NCBI RefSeq assembly: GCF_902713615.1
Contig: NC_052154.1
Coordinates: 35,082,322 to 35,146,321 of the forward strand
Source: Scyliorhinus canicula
Taxonomy: Eukaryota
Length of the DNA stretch: 64,000 bases
Direction of reading: 5' to 3'
In this document: one piece after another, positions 39,412-51,619 of the stretch
How the letters are laid out: each line of letters opens with the position of its first letter
Numbering within the stretch: the stretch's first letter is position 1
Notes under the pieces: model-generated
Told to the model about the DNA's origin: nothing
Database searches by the model: none
Seen by the model: only the letters and a program-made list of their open reading frames with translations
Translations under genes and position numbers: made by a program

Positions 39412-42126
39412 TAAGGTGGGTGAACTTAAGGCATGGATCGGTACTTGGGACTACGATGTGGTGGCCATCACGGAAACTTGGATAGAAGAGGGCCAGAAAT
39501 GGTTGTTGGAGGTCCCTGGTTATAGATGTTTCAACAAGATTAGGGAAGATGGTAAAAGAGGTGGGGGGTGGCATTGTTAATTAGAGATAGTATAACAGCT
39601 GCAGAAAGGCATTTCGAGGGGGATCTGCCTACTGAGGTAATATGGGTTGAAGTCAGAAATAGGAAAGGAGCAGTCACCTTGTTGGGAGTTTTCTACAGGC
39701 CCCCCAATAGCAGCAGAGATGGGGAGGAACAGATTGGGAAACAGATTTTGGAAAGGTGCAGAAGTCACAGGGTAGTAGTCATGGGTGACTTCAACTTCCC
39801 AAACATTGAGTGGAAACTCTTTAGATCAAATAGTTTGGATGGGGTAGTGTTTGTGCAGTGTGTCCAGGAAGCTTTTCTAACACAGTATGTAGATTGTCTG
39901 ACCAGAGGGGAGGCCATATTGGATTTAGTACTTGGTAATGAACCAGGGCAGGTGATAGATTTGTTAGTGGGGGAGCATTTTGGAGGTAGTGACCACAATT
40001 CTGTGACTTTCACTTTAGTTATGGAGAGGGATAGGTGCGTGCAACAGGGCAAGGTTTATAATTGGGGGAAGGGTAAATACAATGCTGTCAGACAAGAATT
40101 GAAGTGCAGAAGTTGGGAACATAGGCTGTCAGGGAAGGACACAAGTGAAATGTGGAACTTGTTCAAGGATCAGGTACTGCGTGTCTTTGATATGTATGTC
40201 CCTGTCAGGCAGGGAAGAGATGGTCGAGTGAGGGAACCATGGTTGACAAGAGAGGTTGAATGTCTTGTTAAGAGGAAGAAGGAGACTTATGTAAGGCTGA
40301 AGAAACAAGGTTCAGACAGGGCGCTGGAGGGATACAAGATAGCCAGGAGGGAAACTGAAGAAAGGGATTAGGAGAGCTAATAGAGGGCATGAAAAATCTT
40401 TAGCAGGTAGGATTAAGGAAACCCCAAGGCCTTTTACACATATGTGAGAAATATGAGAATGACTAGAGCGAGGGTAGGTCCGATCAAGGACAGTAGCGGG
40501 AGATTGTGTACGGAATCTGAAGAGATAGGAGAGATCTTGAACAAGTATTTTTCTTCAGTATTTACAAACGAGAGGGTCCATATTGTTGGAGAGGACAGTG
40601 TGAAACAGACTGATAAGCTCGAGGAGATACTTGTCAGGAAGGAAGATGTGTTGTGCGTTTTGAAAAACTTGAGGATAGACAAGTCCCCCGGGCCTGACGG
40701 GACATATACATGGATTCTATGGGAAGCAAGAAATGAAATTGCAGAGCCGTTGGCAATGATCTTTTCGTCCTCGCTGTCAACAGGGGTGGTACCAGAGGAT
40801 TGGAGAGTGGCGAATGTCGTGCCCCTATTCAAAAAAGGGAATAGGGATAACCCTGGGAATTACAGGCCAGTTAGTCTTACTTCGGTGGTAGGCAAAGTAA
40901 TGGAAAGGGTACTGAGGGATAGGATTTCTGAGCATCTGGAAAGGCACTGCTTGATTAGGGATAGTCAGCACGGATTTGTGAGGGGTAGGTCTTGCCTTAC
41001 AAGTCTTATTGACTTCTTTGAGGAGGTGTCCAAGCATGTGGATGAAGGTAAAGCAGTGGATGTAGTGTACATGGATTTTAGTAAGGCATTTGATAAGGTT
41101 CCCCATTGTAGGCTTGTGCAGAAAGTAAGGAGGCATGGGATAGTGGGAAATTTGGCCAGTTGGCTAACAAACTGGCTAACCAATAGAAGACAGAGAGTGG
41201 TGGTGGATGGCAAATATTCAGCCTGGAGCCCAGTTATCAGTGGCGTACCGCAGGGATCAGTTCTGGGTCCTCTGCTGTTTGTGGTTTTCATTAACGACTT
41301 GGATGAGGGAGTTGAAGGGTGGGTCAGTAAATTTGCAGATGATACGAAGATTGGTGGAGTTGTGGATAGTGAGGAGGGCTGTTGTCGGCTTCAAAGAGAC
41401 ATAGATAGAATGCAGAGGTGGGCTGAGAAGTGGCAGATGGAGTTTAACCCTGACAAGTGTGAGGTTGTCCATTTTGGAAGGACAAATATGAAGGCGGAAT
41501 ACAGGGTTAACGGTAGGGTTCTTGGCAATGTGGAGGAGCAGAGAGATCTTGGGGTCTATGTTCATAGCTCTTTGAAAGTTGCCACTCAAGTGGATAGAGC
41601 TGTGAAGAAGGCCTATGGTGTGCTAGCGTTCATTAGCAGAGGGATTGAATTTAAGAGCCGTGAGGTGATGATGCAGCTGTACAAAACCTTGGTCATGCCA
41701 CATTTGGAGTACTGTGTGCAGTTCTGGTCACCTCATTTTAGGAAGGATGTGGAAGCTTTGGAAAAGGTGCAAAGGAGATTTACCAGGATGTTGCCTGGAA
41801 TGGAGAGTAGGTCATACGAGGAAAGGTTGAGGGTGCTAGGCCTTTTCTCATTAGAACGGAGAAGGATGAGGGGTGACTTGATAGAGGTTTATAAGATGAT
41901 TAGGGGAATAGATAGAGGAGACAGTCAGAGACTTTTTCCCCGGGTGGAACACACCATTACAAGGGGAGATAAATTTAAGATAAATGGTGGAAGATATAGA
42001 GGGGATGTCAGAGGTAGGTTCTTTACCCAGAGAGTAGTGGGGGCATGGAATGCACTGCCTGTGGAAGTAGTTGAGTCGGAAACGTTAGGGACCTTCAAGC
42101 GGCTATTGGATAGGTACATGGATTAG
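39411..42126 (+). pseudogene. CR1 ORF2 (endonuclease-reverse transcriptase) with three homopolymer indels
   Basis: The ORF ending at 39580, 39568-40371 and 40444-42126 can be joined by single-base corrections at about 39565, 40353 and 40420. Confidence 0.9.
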
Positions 42127-42159
42127 GGTAGAATAATGGAGTGTAGGTTAACTTCTTAA

Positions 42160-42360
42160 GGGCAGCACGGTAGCATTGTGGATAGCACAATTGCTTCACA
42201 GCTCCAGGGTCCCAAGTTCGATTTTGACTTGGGTCACTGTCTGTGTGGAGTCTGCACATCCTCCACGTGTGTGCGTGGGTTTCCTCCGGGTACTCCGGTT
42301 TCCTCCCACAGTCCAAAGATGTGCAGGTTGGGTCGATTGGCCATGAAAAATTGTCCAAAA
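42160..42360 (+). mobile_element. HE1-like SINE head and V-domain embedded in the CR1 3' UTR
   Basis: GGGCAGCACGGTAGCATTGTGG...CCAAAGATGTGCAGG...GATTGGCCATG lies between the ORF2 stop and the CR1 tail. Confidence 0.85.
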
Positions 42361-42512
42361 TTCTATGATTAACCTAGGACAAAAGTTCGGCGCGACATCG
42401 TGGGCTGAAGGGCCTGTTCTGTGCTGTATTTCTCTATCTAACATCTTTCCTAATGGCACTGTAGAATTATTTTTATCAAATGGACTGCAGTGGTTCCAGA
42501 AGTAGCCCTTCT

Positions 42513-43069
42513 TACCTTTAAGAAATGCGTGTTTATCAGTAATGTCAGAGTGTGGGTGGAGCTGGGCTGTCTGTCAGCTTCTTACTTTTGTTTTAGGCTG
42601 TTTCTGCAGGGTGTATTTTTGTTTCGTTTTCAGTGTTGGAGATGAAGCCATACAAAACAGGTGTACTGCTGTTCTCTCTGCCATGAAAAGACTATCGCTT
42701 GATCATTTGGTGAATTCAGAATTATAAATGTTTTCAGTAGTGAATGTAAACCCGATGTGCTTCTGTTAAAAGGTGTTTCTTTTGTCTTCTGGATGTTGTT
42801 TGGCAAGTTATTAAGGATTACTTAGTGTTGTATTCTTCGGGGGTTGTATCTGAATTGATGGTTGCTAAGATGTTCATTGTATGTTTTAAAAAGGTTAACT
42901 TGAGTTCATAGAATAAACATTGTTTTGCCTTAAAAAATACTTTTGCATTTCTGCTGTACCACACCTGTAGAGTGGGCCATGTGCTGCCCATACCACAATC
43001 TATTAAAAGTAGTGGGTCAGGTGAACTCCGTGATACTCTTTGAGGTTCTCTAAACCCTGATCCATAGCA
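42513..43069 (+). mobile_element. 5' LTR of the Gypsy element (first ~17 bp deleted)
   Basis: Homologous to 47951-48519; ends in CATAGCA, contains AATAAA/ATTAAA, and is followed by the PBS. Confidence 0.92.
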
Positions 43070-43072
43070 AAT

Positions 43073-43090
43073 TGGGGGCTCGTCCGGGAT
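43073..43090 (+). promoter_or_regulatory. Primer binding site complementary to tRNA-Pro
   Basis: Exact TGGGGGCTCGTCCGGGAT three nt after the LTR end. Confidence 0.92.
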
Positions 43091-43188
43091 ACAAGTATAT
43101 CTATTGGAGTGGCTTAGTGAACTTAAAGACAGCGAGGGGTGAGCATATTGTGGTTGCTTATCAGGTGTGATATTCTAGTTTAAGCGGA

Positions 43189-46100
43189 GTGTGTGTTGTG
43201 GATAATGGTTCTTTCAGAGGCTCTGGAGTTTTTGAGGGGGTGGAGACGATCACACGAAGTACCTTACAGACAGAGACTAAAAGCAGACTGTTAGATTTGG
43301 CAAAAACATTGCAGTTAAAATTACCTGACAAAATGCGAAAAGATGAGGTAATTATGGCAGTGGCTAAGCATTTAAAATTGCTTGAGATACAGTTTGACTG
43401 ATTGGAAATGGCAAAAATTCAGTTACAACTTACACAAATGGAACATGAGAAAGAATTAAAGCAGCTTGAATACGAAAGAGGCAGAGATGAAAAAGAAAAG
43501 GAGAGAGTAGAAAGAAAAGAAAGAATAGCCCTAGCAGAACACAAAGAAAGAGAAGGGGAGATACAGATCAGGGAAAAAGATAAAGAGAGAGAGTTTGAAC
43601 TTCAGAAAATGGCCATGAAACATGACAGTCAGTTAAAATTGCAGACGTAAAGGGAAACGTACAGTTGGATGATAGTGATGAGGATAGTGAGAAAGAATGT
43701 CATAGTCGAAGGCTTGGTGGGGATCTATTTAAATATGTCAAAGCATTGCCAAGGTTTGATGAGAAGGAGATGGAAGCCTTTTTCATTTCATTTGAGAAGG
43801 TAGCTAAACAAATGAAATGGCGACAGGACATGTGGGTATTACTGGTATTACTAATTCAAACAAAGCTAGTAGGTAGGGATAGTGAAGTGTTTGCATCACT
43901 ACTGGAGGAGATATCTGGGATGTATGAGGAGATGCAAAAATCCATCTTAGGTGCATATGAACTAGTGCCTGCAGCTACAGACAAAGGTTTAGAAATTTAA
44001 GGACAGAATTTGGTCAAACATACATGGAGTTTGAAAGGATCAAACAGAATAATTTTGATAGGTGGATAAGGGTTTTGAAAATAGACCAAATGTATGAAGC
44101 TCTCAGAGAAATTATGCTTTTGGAGGAGTTTAAAAATTCAATGTAGTGAGAACTCATGTGGAAGAGCAGAGGGTTAAAACTGGGAGGTTAGCATGTCAGT
44201 CTGTGAGGGATAGAAACTGGGGTCATGAGAAATACTCAAGTGGTAAAGGTAAAGGTGATCTGATGGGAGATAATGAGAGTGTACCTCAGATTAAAAAAGA
44301 AATCCAGGAGGGTGGAAAAGAAATGAAAAGTTTCAAAAGTTTTCACTGGAATAAACTAGGCCATGTAAAGTCACAGTGTTGGTGGTTGAAGAAAAGCACT
44401 GGGAAGGCTGATATGATAAAAACAGGATAAAGCAGTGGGGTTTGGTGAAGTGGTAAAGGAAAGCCCAAGTGAAGCGAAGGAGGTGCAAAAGATTATACAG
44501 CCTGATCAAGAGTTGATTGATAAGAAGGTGCCAGATCTCTTTAAAGAATTTATTTGTGTGGGTAAAGTTTACCCATGTGTATCAGGAGGAGCAGGTGAAG
44601 AAGTCACAATTTTAAGAGATACGGACGGGAGCTAGTCAATTTTTAATGGTAAGAGATGAGGAGTTATATAGTTTGGGAAGAATGTTGCCAGAATACGGTG
44701 GTAATACGTGGAATTCAGTGTTCAATTATGTAAGGTGAGGTTGGAAAGTCCAGTGAAGAGTGGTGAAGTGGTCGTAGGAGGAACAGAGGAACTACCTTGT
44801 CCAGGAATAGTTTATCTTGGGTAATGATATAGCTGGATCGCAGGTGGGAGTGATGCCTACTGTGGTTGATAAGCCAGTGCAAAATCAGACAACTGAAGCG
44901 TTGAAGGACGAATATCCTGGAATTTTTCCGGATTGTGTAGTAACAAGGTCGCAAAGTCACAGGTTAAGACAAGAGGAGAAATCAAAGAGTGAAGATGAAG
45001 TTGAAGTGCAATTATCAGAAACGATTTTTGATCAGATGGTTGAAAAAGAACAAGAACAGGCGGAGGATGAGGCGGATATTTTTAGTTTTGTTTTACAACA
45101 GAAAGATGTAGAAATAAAATGGATGTATCAGAAAGCATACACGGAAGAGGAATCTGAGTGTATACAGAGTGTTATTACCGTAAAAGAAATGTCTTGATGA
45201 GAAAATGGAGACTTTTACATATGCAGGCGGATGAAAAGTGGGCAGAGGTTCATCAAGTAGTATTGCCGGTTGGGTATAGAAAGAAGGTGTTGCAAGTTGC
45301 ACATAAGGTACCAGTGGGAAGTCATTTGGGAATAAGGAAAACTCAAGCTAAAATACAAAAACATTTTTATTGGCCTGGACTACATAAAGATGTAGTTAAA
45401 TTTTGTCAATCATGTCACACATGTCAAGTGATAGGGAAACCTCAAGCAGTGATAAAACCAGAGCTCTTAATACCCATTTCAGCATTTGAGGCACCTTTTA
45501 CAAGGGTCCTAATTGATTGCGTAGGACCGCTTACTAAAACAAAAAATGGGAATCAATATCTTTTGACGATAATGGATGTGTCTACTAGGTTTCCAGAGGT
45601 CATTCCAGTACGTAATATTACAGCTAAAAAGATTGTGGAGGTGTTACTTAAATTCTTTACTAGATATGGACTACCCACAGAAATACAATCAGTTAAGGAT
45701 CAAATTTTACCTCAAGGTTATTCAAAGAAGCTGTGGCTAGCTTAGCAATAAAACAATTTAAATCAACTGCGTACCATCCAGAATCGCAGGGAGCGTTAGA
45801 AAGGTGGCATCAGACATTAAAGACAATGTTGAGGGCTTATTGTCAAGATTATCCCGAGGATTGGGATAAAGGAATTCCATTCGTTTGCAATTAGGGATGC
45901 ATCAAATGAGTCAACCAAATTCAGTCCTTTTGAACTAATTTTTGGTCATGAGGTAAGAGGACCACTTAAATTGATTAAGGAAAAATTGGTGAGTGAGAAA
46001 TCGGAAATTACATTATTGGATTACGTGTCAAATTTTAGGTAACAATTAAATAGAGCAGGTGAATTGGCGAAACAACATTTCAAAGTTGCACAAAATGTGA

Positions 46101-46680
46101 TGAAACGGGTCACGGACAAGAAATCCAAAGTTCATAGTTTTGCCAGTGGAGATAAAGTTTTAGTATTGTTACCAGTGGTGGGTGAACCTTTAAAAGCTAG
46201 GTTTTGTGGACCTAATCAGATTGAAAGGAAATTAAGTGAGGTGAATTATGTGGTAAAAACACCAGATAGAAGAAAGCCTCACCGAGTGTGTCATGTGAAT
46301 ATGTTTAAAAGGTAGATTGAAATGGAAGGAGAGAAAAAGGAGGTTTTAATGATTCTAACTCAAAGTGATGAACCAAATCCAGATGACTGTGAATTCGACA
46401 TACCTCAAATTGAATTGGAAAATGAGGACATTTTTAAAAATTGGGATAAATTATTGATTTACCTTCCAGAGGAAAAACAAACTGACCTGAAAGAGTTATT
46501 AATATCAAGTGGGCAAGTTTGTAGAGACAAATTGAGAAGTACTAAAATGTCTGTACATGATGTAGATGTGGGAAATGCTGTTCAAATCAACCAACATCCA
46601 TATAGACTTAACCATTTAAAATTGGCACAGGTTAACAAAGAGATTGAGAGTATGCTTAAAAATTGCATAATTGAAGTGGG
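43189..46680 (+). pseudogene. Degenerate gag-protease-integrase-(RT start) polyprotein of a Gmr1-like Ty3/Gypsy retrotransposon
   Basis: SCAN-like capsid (ALPRFDEKEMEAFFISFE), CCHC remnant (GHVKSQC), protease ILRDT, integrase H-x6-H...CHTC, IDCVGP, RYGLP, YHPESQGALER and GPY/F (RFCGP), then the RT N-terminus HPYRL...EIESMLKNCIIE, which is cut at 46680. Confidence 0.92.
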
Positions 46681-47950
46681 TACATTTCTTTTCAGACTAT
46701 AACAAGACCACTGCGTTTACCTGACATCTGCCACAGTTCTGAATCCTTCCTCTTCCCAGTTGACCACATTACTTCCTGTTCTTCAGGAGTTTTTGGTACA
46801 TCTTGCAATCCTTGGTCTGAATTTAAAAAGGCACTTGTTACCAAGAGCTTAAATGAATCAAAACACTTTTAGTGTCATAAGTAGGGAATAAATAATAAAG
46901 ATTTGTATTAATAATTTTACAATTAGAACTATGCTTTTCACACACAAATTAAGTATTTTAACAACTCTTTTGGAACTTGGCAGAGTTTTGCGCACTTCCC
47001 ATAGGCACTGTTGTAAATTTTTACTGATTCAGGTATTGAAATAACAACGCAGATAGCCGTATGACAAACAGTTTACTGGACTGTCCATTGCAGAGTGGGA
47101 AAATCAATGTTTTTGAGGGATGTCACAACAGGAAGAACTATGAATCTGAGGGAAATAACCAGCAGTTTCAATTGGCTGCAGCCCTGGCAACACAATTGTT
47201 TCTTTGAAAATGCAATGAAGTGATGGGCCTTTAATGCAGGGTAGAATTATTTAAATCAAGATCAGAGAGCATTTTCAGTCATGTTGGACTCTTCAAATGT
47301 TGTTTTAAAAAATAATTACTTCTATATATATATTACCCATGTATTAATTGCACAGAAGGCAATTCATATCCTTTACCATACCTAGGGCAAGTAAACAGTG
47401 CCCATACATCACCGACCCAATTGATTGGTATTTAAAATCCGCCTTTAGTTGATATCTTTTTGATTTCACATATTTCTATAGCAAAACCAGCTCTACCTTA
47501 AAACCACATTGCATTTAAATTCTATATACATTGGGGAGGTTACCCCCATCAACAAGTACAACTGCTCTATCAACAAGAAACTCAATTCAATATATTGCAG
47601 AGATACAGACAGGATTTAGCACTGGAGTTTAAGTGGAACTAAATACATGTTGTCCCTTGAATATATACCCACTGCTGCGTGCATGTTATTAGTGGTGCTG
47701 CAAACTTCCAACATCTGGAAGGCAATGGTAGCAGGTGCATGGGAACACCATAATTTTCAAGTCTGTAGTCATTAGCATATTTCCAGGTTTATTCAATATA
47801 TGCTCAAGTTTCACAACAATCCTGATTTGGGCGTATATCACTTTTCCTTCATCTTCATTGGGTCAAAATCCTGGAACATCTTTCCTAATGGCACTGTAGA
47901 ATCATTTTTATCAAGTGGACTGCAGTGGTTTCAAAAGTAGCCCTTCATCG
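46681..47950 (+). repeat. Local duplication, copy 2 (no CR1 insertion)
   Basis: Matches 38193-39411 plus 42441-42511; has an 18-bp deletion near 46707. Confidence 0.95.
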
Positions 47951-48519
47951 TGTCATATGAGAGTACCTTTAAGAAATGGGTGTTTATAAATGATGTCAGA
48001 GTGTGGGTGGAGCTGGGCTGTCTGTCAGCTTTTTACTTTCGTTGTAGGCTGTTTGCTGCAGGGTGTATTTTTGTTTTGTTTTCAGTGGTGGAGCTGAAGC
48101 CAGACAAAACAGGTGTACTGCTGTTCTCTCTGCCATGAAAAGACTATCGCTTTATCATTTGGTGAATTCAGAATTAAGTGTTCTCAGTAGTGAATGTAAA
48201 CCTGATGTGCTTCTGTTAAAAGGTGTTTCTTTTGTCTTCTGGATGTTGTTTGGCAAGTTATTAAGGATTACTTAGTGTTGTATTCTTTGGGGGTTGTATT
48301 TGAATTCATGGTTGCTAAGATGTTCATTGTATGTTTTAAAAAGGTTAACTTGAGTTCATAGAATAAACACTGTTTTGCTTTAAAAAATACTTTTCCATTT
48401 CTGCTGTACCACACCTGTAGAGTGGGCTAGGTGCTCCCCATACCACAATCTATTAAAAGTTGTGGGTCAGATGAACTGCATGATACACTTTGAGGTTCTC
48501 TAAACCCTGGCCCATACCA
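47951..48519 (+). mobile_element. Solo LTR of the same Gypsy family
   Basis: TGTCATATG...CATACCA; no PPT upstream and no PBS downstream. Confidence 0.9.
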
Positions 48520-48799
48520 TTTCTACCTGCACCTTCTCAAAAGCAACTGATGTTAAGCCTAGCCTGCAATCTCTTACATCTTTAAAAAAAAGACTAGAAG
48601 CCAAACACAGACAAAACACTGCAAATACAGCCAACAAGTGCACCATCATTTCACAATACCTTGCCTGGTATTCGTGTACAAGACAAATTCCCTTCTTCTC
48701 GCACACCAAAACGTAATTTTATCTACGTGACATTCAATCTCAAACATATGGGAAACATTCAACATTCTCAAACATTCAACAAAATGGGAAAAAGTCCCA

Positions 48800-49329
48800 T
48801 AGTGAACGCATTTAGCCAGTTGTTTCCTAGTGCTCGCAGTGCCGAGAAACACATGGCTACACAACGCGACTCGCGTTGTATAGGGGGCCTCAGTGGGGAA
48901 TGCGCAGGCGGCTGAGGCCGCATATAGTTCTTTTTTGTACACTGGGGAACTCCTCTTTAAATGGTGTCCCGAGCACCCAGGCTCCCAAAGCGAGCCCCAT
49001 GAATGCTGCTCTGACTGGCCCCGTTTGTGCTGAACAGTGCTTCCCAAGGTCTCTGAGGCGAAGGGGATGAATCCCAAAGCCTCAGGTACCTCGGGGATCT
49101 GCACATTAGAGTGAGACTAACTGTCTTGCCCTAATATGCAGATTTGCCAAAAAGTGATCCCTCCCACAATGGGTGGGATTTGCATTGCGACATTGCGCGA
49201 GATCGTGTTGGATCTGACGTGGCATTGCGAGCTGGGTAGATCCGAGAGCAGGGTCTCCCAGCTTTTATCGGTCATGCTGTACCGTGACACACCGTTTTTC
49301 GTGCACAGCATGGCCATTGGATTGCACCC
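48800..49329. mobile_element. Non-autonomous Harbinger-like/MITE element
   Basis: CpG-rich block ending GGATTGCACCC, with internal palindromes (ATCTGCACATTAG...CTAATATGCAGAT). Confidence 0.45.
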
Positions 49330-49463
49330 AGAGTAATACAGTACAGAAGAGGCCCTTCTGCCCATTCAGTCAGCACTGACAAAGCTATACTAGATTTACA
49401 TTAATCCCACTTTCTAGCACTTGGCCCATAGCCTTGAATGTTATAACATTTCAAGTGCTCATC

Positions 49464-49789
49464 CATAGAACAGTACAGCACAGAACAGGCCCTTCGGCCC
49501 TCGATGTTGTGCCGAACAATGATCATCCTACTTAAACCCACGTAACCCGTAGACCCATAACCCAACAATCCCCCCATTAACCTTACACTACGGGCAATTT
49601 AGCATGGCCAATCCACCTAACCCGCACATCTTTGGACTGTGGGAGGAAACCGGAGCACCCGGAGGAAACCCACGCACACACGGGGAGGACGTGCAGACTC
49701 CACACAGACAGTGACCCAGCCGGGAATCGAACCTGGGACCCTGGAGCTGTGAAGCATTGATGCTAACCACCATGCTACCGTGAGGCCCC
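49464..49789 (-). mobile_element. HE1-type V-SINE (young)
   Basis: Full length; about 3 substitutions relative to 35726-36060. Confidence 0.93.
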
Positions 49790-50783
49790 GAGTATCCATG
49801 TACCTTTTATATAAGATAGTGGTCATAGGATGATCAAATCACCAAAGTAAATGAGCACATGCCCAAGCTCTTCAAGATTTTAAACAATGCATGTAGAGCA
49901 TATATAGGTCCAAGACTCTCAATTATATGCAAAGTTCTAAAGTCATTCCAATTATACATGTGTAATTTAGTTGGTCAAAACAAAAACCATATACTTCCAT
50001 CAAGCTATTTGGATTTATTTGGAATCAAATCAGTATACCCAAAGATATTAAATTAGAAACTAAAAATAAATCTTCTGCAATGTCCAAAGAAAATTTCATC
50101 AATCCTCTTACTTGTTACATTTTATTGAAGATTTTAATAAAATCTCCCTTTCAATTTTCTATCTTGGTTACTATGAGGCAAGAAGGTTTACCCCATCCCT
50201 TTTGTGACTGTTAGTTTAACTGAAACTTTTCAGTTAGCTTACAGTAATTTGATAAATAAGAGGCTTAAAGCTTAGTTTCTGCTAGAATAAATATTCTAAA
50301 ACTGAAGTTGTGATAAATGCATAGATTTGGGGGAAGAAATCTTCAGTAAATGTCCCACGACTACCTTTGTGAAAGATATGTTTTGCTCAGAGTGTGAAAT
50401 TCAGCATTAATACCATATCACACCCATCTCAGTTTTAGACAGTTTTTGCACCATAATTTCAGAACAATTCAGGATTCTGGTTTTGCAATCTTCCACGCAA
50501 ATGGAAAATAAGCGTTAAGCAAGTGCATAATCTTTTATATTTACACTATCAATATAATGCACTTTTGAAGAAATATACATACTTTTCCTCAACTAAGCCC
50601 CACGAATACAGCATCACACTGTTGGACAAAATAAACTTGAACACCCTTAGGTTCATCATTCTGATCAATTTTTCCCTTTACCACAATGCCATGAAAACAC
50701 GAGGAGCATAAATGCCATTTGGCTAATGAAGCCAAATGCATCAGTGTTGCATTGTCTGTCAGTGAATAAGTTATTGAACTTAT

Positions 50784-50974
50784 GGGGCTGGTTTAGCTCA
50801 CTGGGCTAAATCGCTGGCTTTTAACGCAGACCAAGCAGGCCAGCAGCACGGTTCGATTCCCGTACCAGCCTCCCCGGACAGGTGCCGGAATGTGGCGACT
50901 AGGGGCTTTTCACAGTAACTTCATTGAAGCCTACTTGTGACAATACGCGATTTTCATTTCATTCATTCATTTCA
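50784..50974 (+). mobile_element. SINE family B (full length)
   Basis: GGGGCTGGTTTAGCTCA head, GGTTCGATTCCC B-box and (TTCA)n tail. Confidence 0.9.
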
Positions 50975-51596
50975 GTTAGGAAAGGATGTCCCGAGGCGTA
51001 GTATACTGGTGAGACCATATAGGTGCTGCGACAACAGATGAACGCACATCGCGCGACAATCACCAGGCAGGAATGTTCCCTTCCAGTCGGGGAACAATTT
51101 AGCAGTCAAGGGCTTGCAACCTCTGATCTTCGGGTAAGCGTTCTCCAAGGCAGCCTTCAGGACGCATGACAACGCAGAGTCGCCGAGCAGAAACTGATAG
51201 CCAAGTTCTGCACGCATGAGTACAGCCTCAACCGGGGCCTTGGATTCATGTCTCACTACATTAACCCCCCACCATCTGACCTGGGCTTGTGAAATCCTAT
51301 CAACTGTCCTGGCTTGAGACAATTCACACCTCTTTAACCTGTGATTAATCCTCTCTCCAGTTGTACTGTTTGGACTTTTCAAGACTTAATTACCTGCAAA
51401 GACTCACATTCAAAGTATCAATCTTGCATCATTGGCTTTGTCTATATATGTTTTTGTGTAACCCACCTCTTCATTCATCCGAGGAAGTAACTACACTCCG
51501 AAAGCTAGTGATTTCAAACAAACCTGTTGGCCTTTAACCTGATGTTGTACGACCTCTTACTGTGTCCACCCCAATCCAACACCAGCATCTCCACAT
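50975..51596 (+). mobile_element. Penelope-like element 3' fragment: GIY-YIG endonuclease remnant plus pseudo-LTR
   Basis: Translates as RKGCPEA*YTGETI*VLRQQMNAHR...AEQKLIAKF...LNRGLG (YIGET..LR.R..H, catalytic E, LN), followed by a terminus with CCGAAAGCTAGTG. Confidence 0.85.
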
Positions 51597-51619
51597 AGTG
51601 AATAATTCAGAAGTACGGG

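Larger units (their letters stand above)
39411..42440 (+). mobile_element. CR1-clade LINE (HER1-like), 5'-truncated at the start of ORF2
   Basis: APE endonuclease (DVVAITETW, FYRPP, MGDFN, LDLVL, SDH) and RT (NYRPVSLTS, QHGF, DFSKAFD, GVPQGSVLGP, FADD), with tail GGGCCTGTTCTGTGCTGTA. The empty site is visible in duplicate copy 2 (CCTGGAACATCTTTCC). Confidence 0.95.

Noticed and set aside
40434-41589. Antisense ORFs over the CR1 RT
   Set aside because: Typical shadow ORFs of the sense coding frame.
42513-48519. Intact full-length LTR retrotransposon
   Set aside because: RT/RNase H missing, no PPT, and the second LTR is preceded by duplicated flank.
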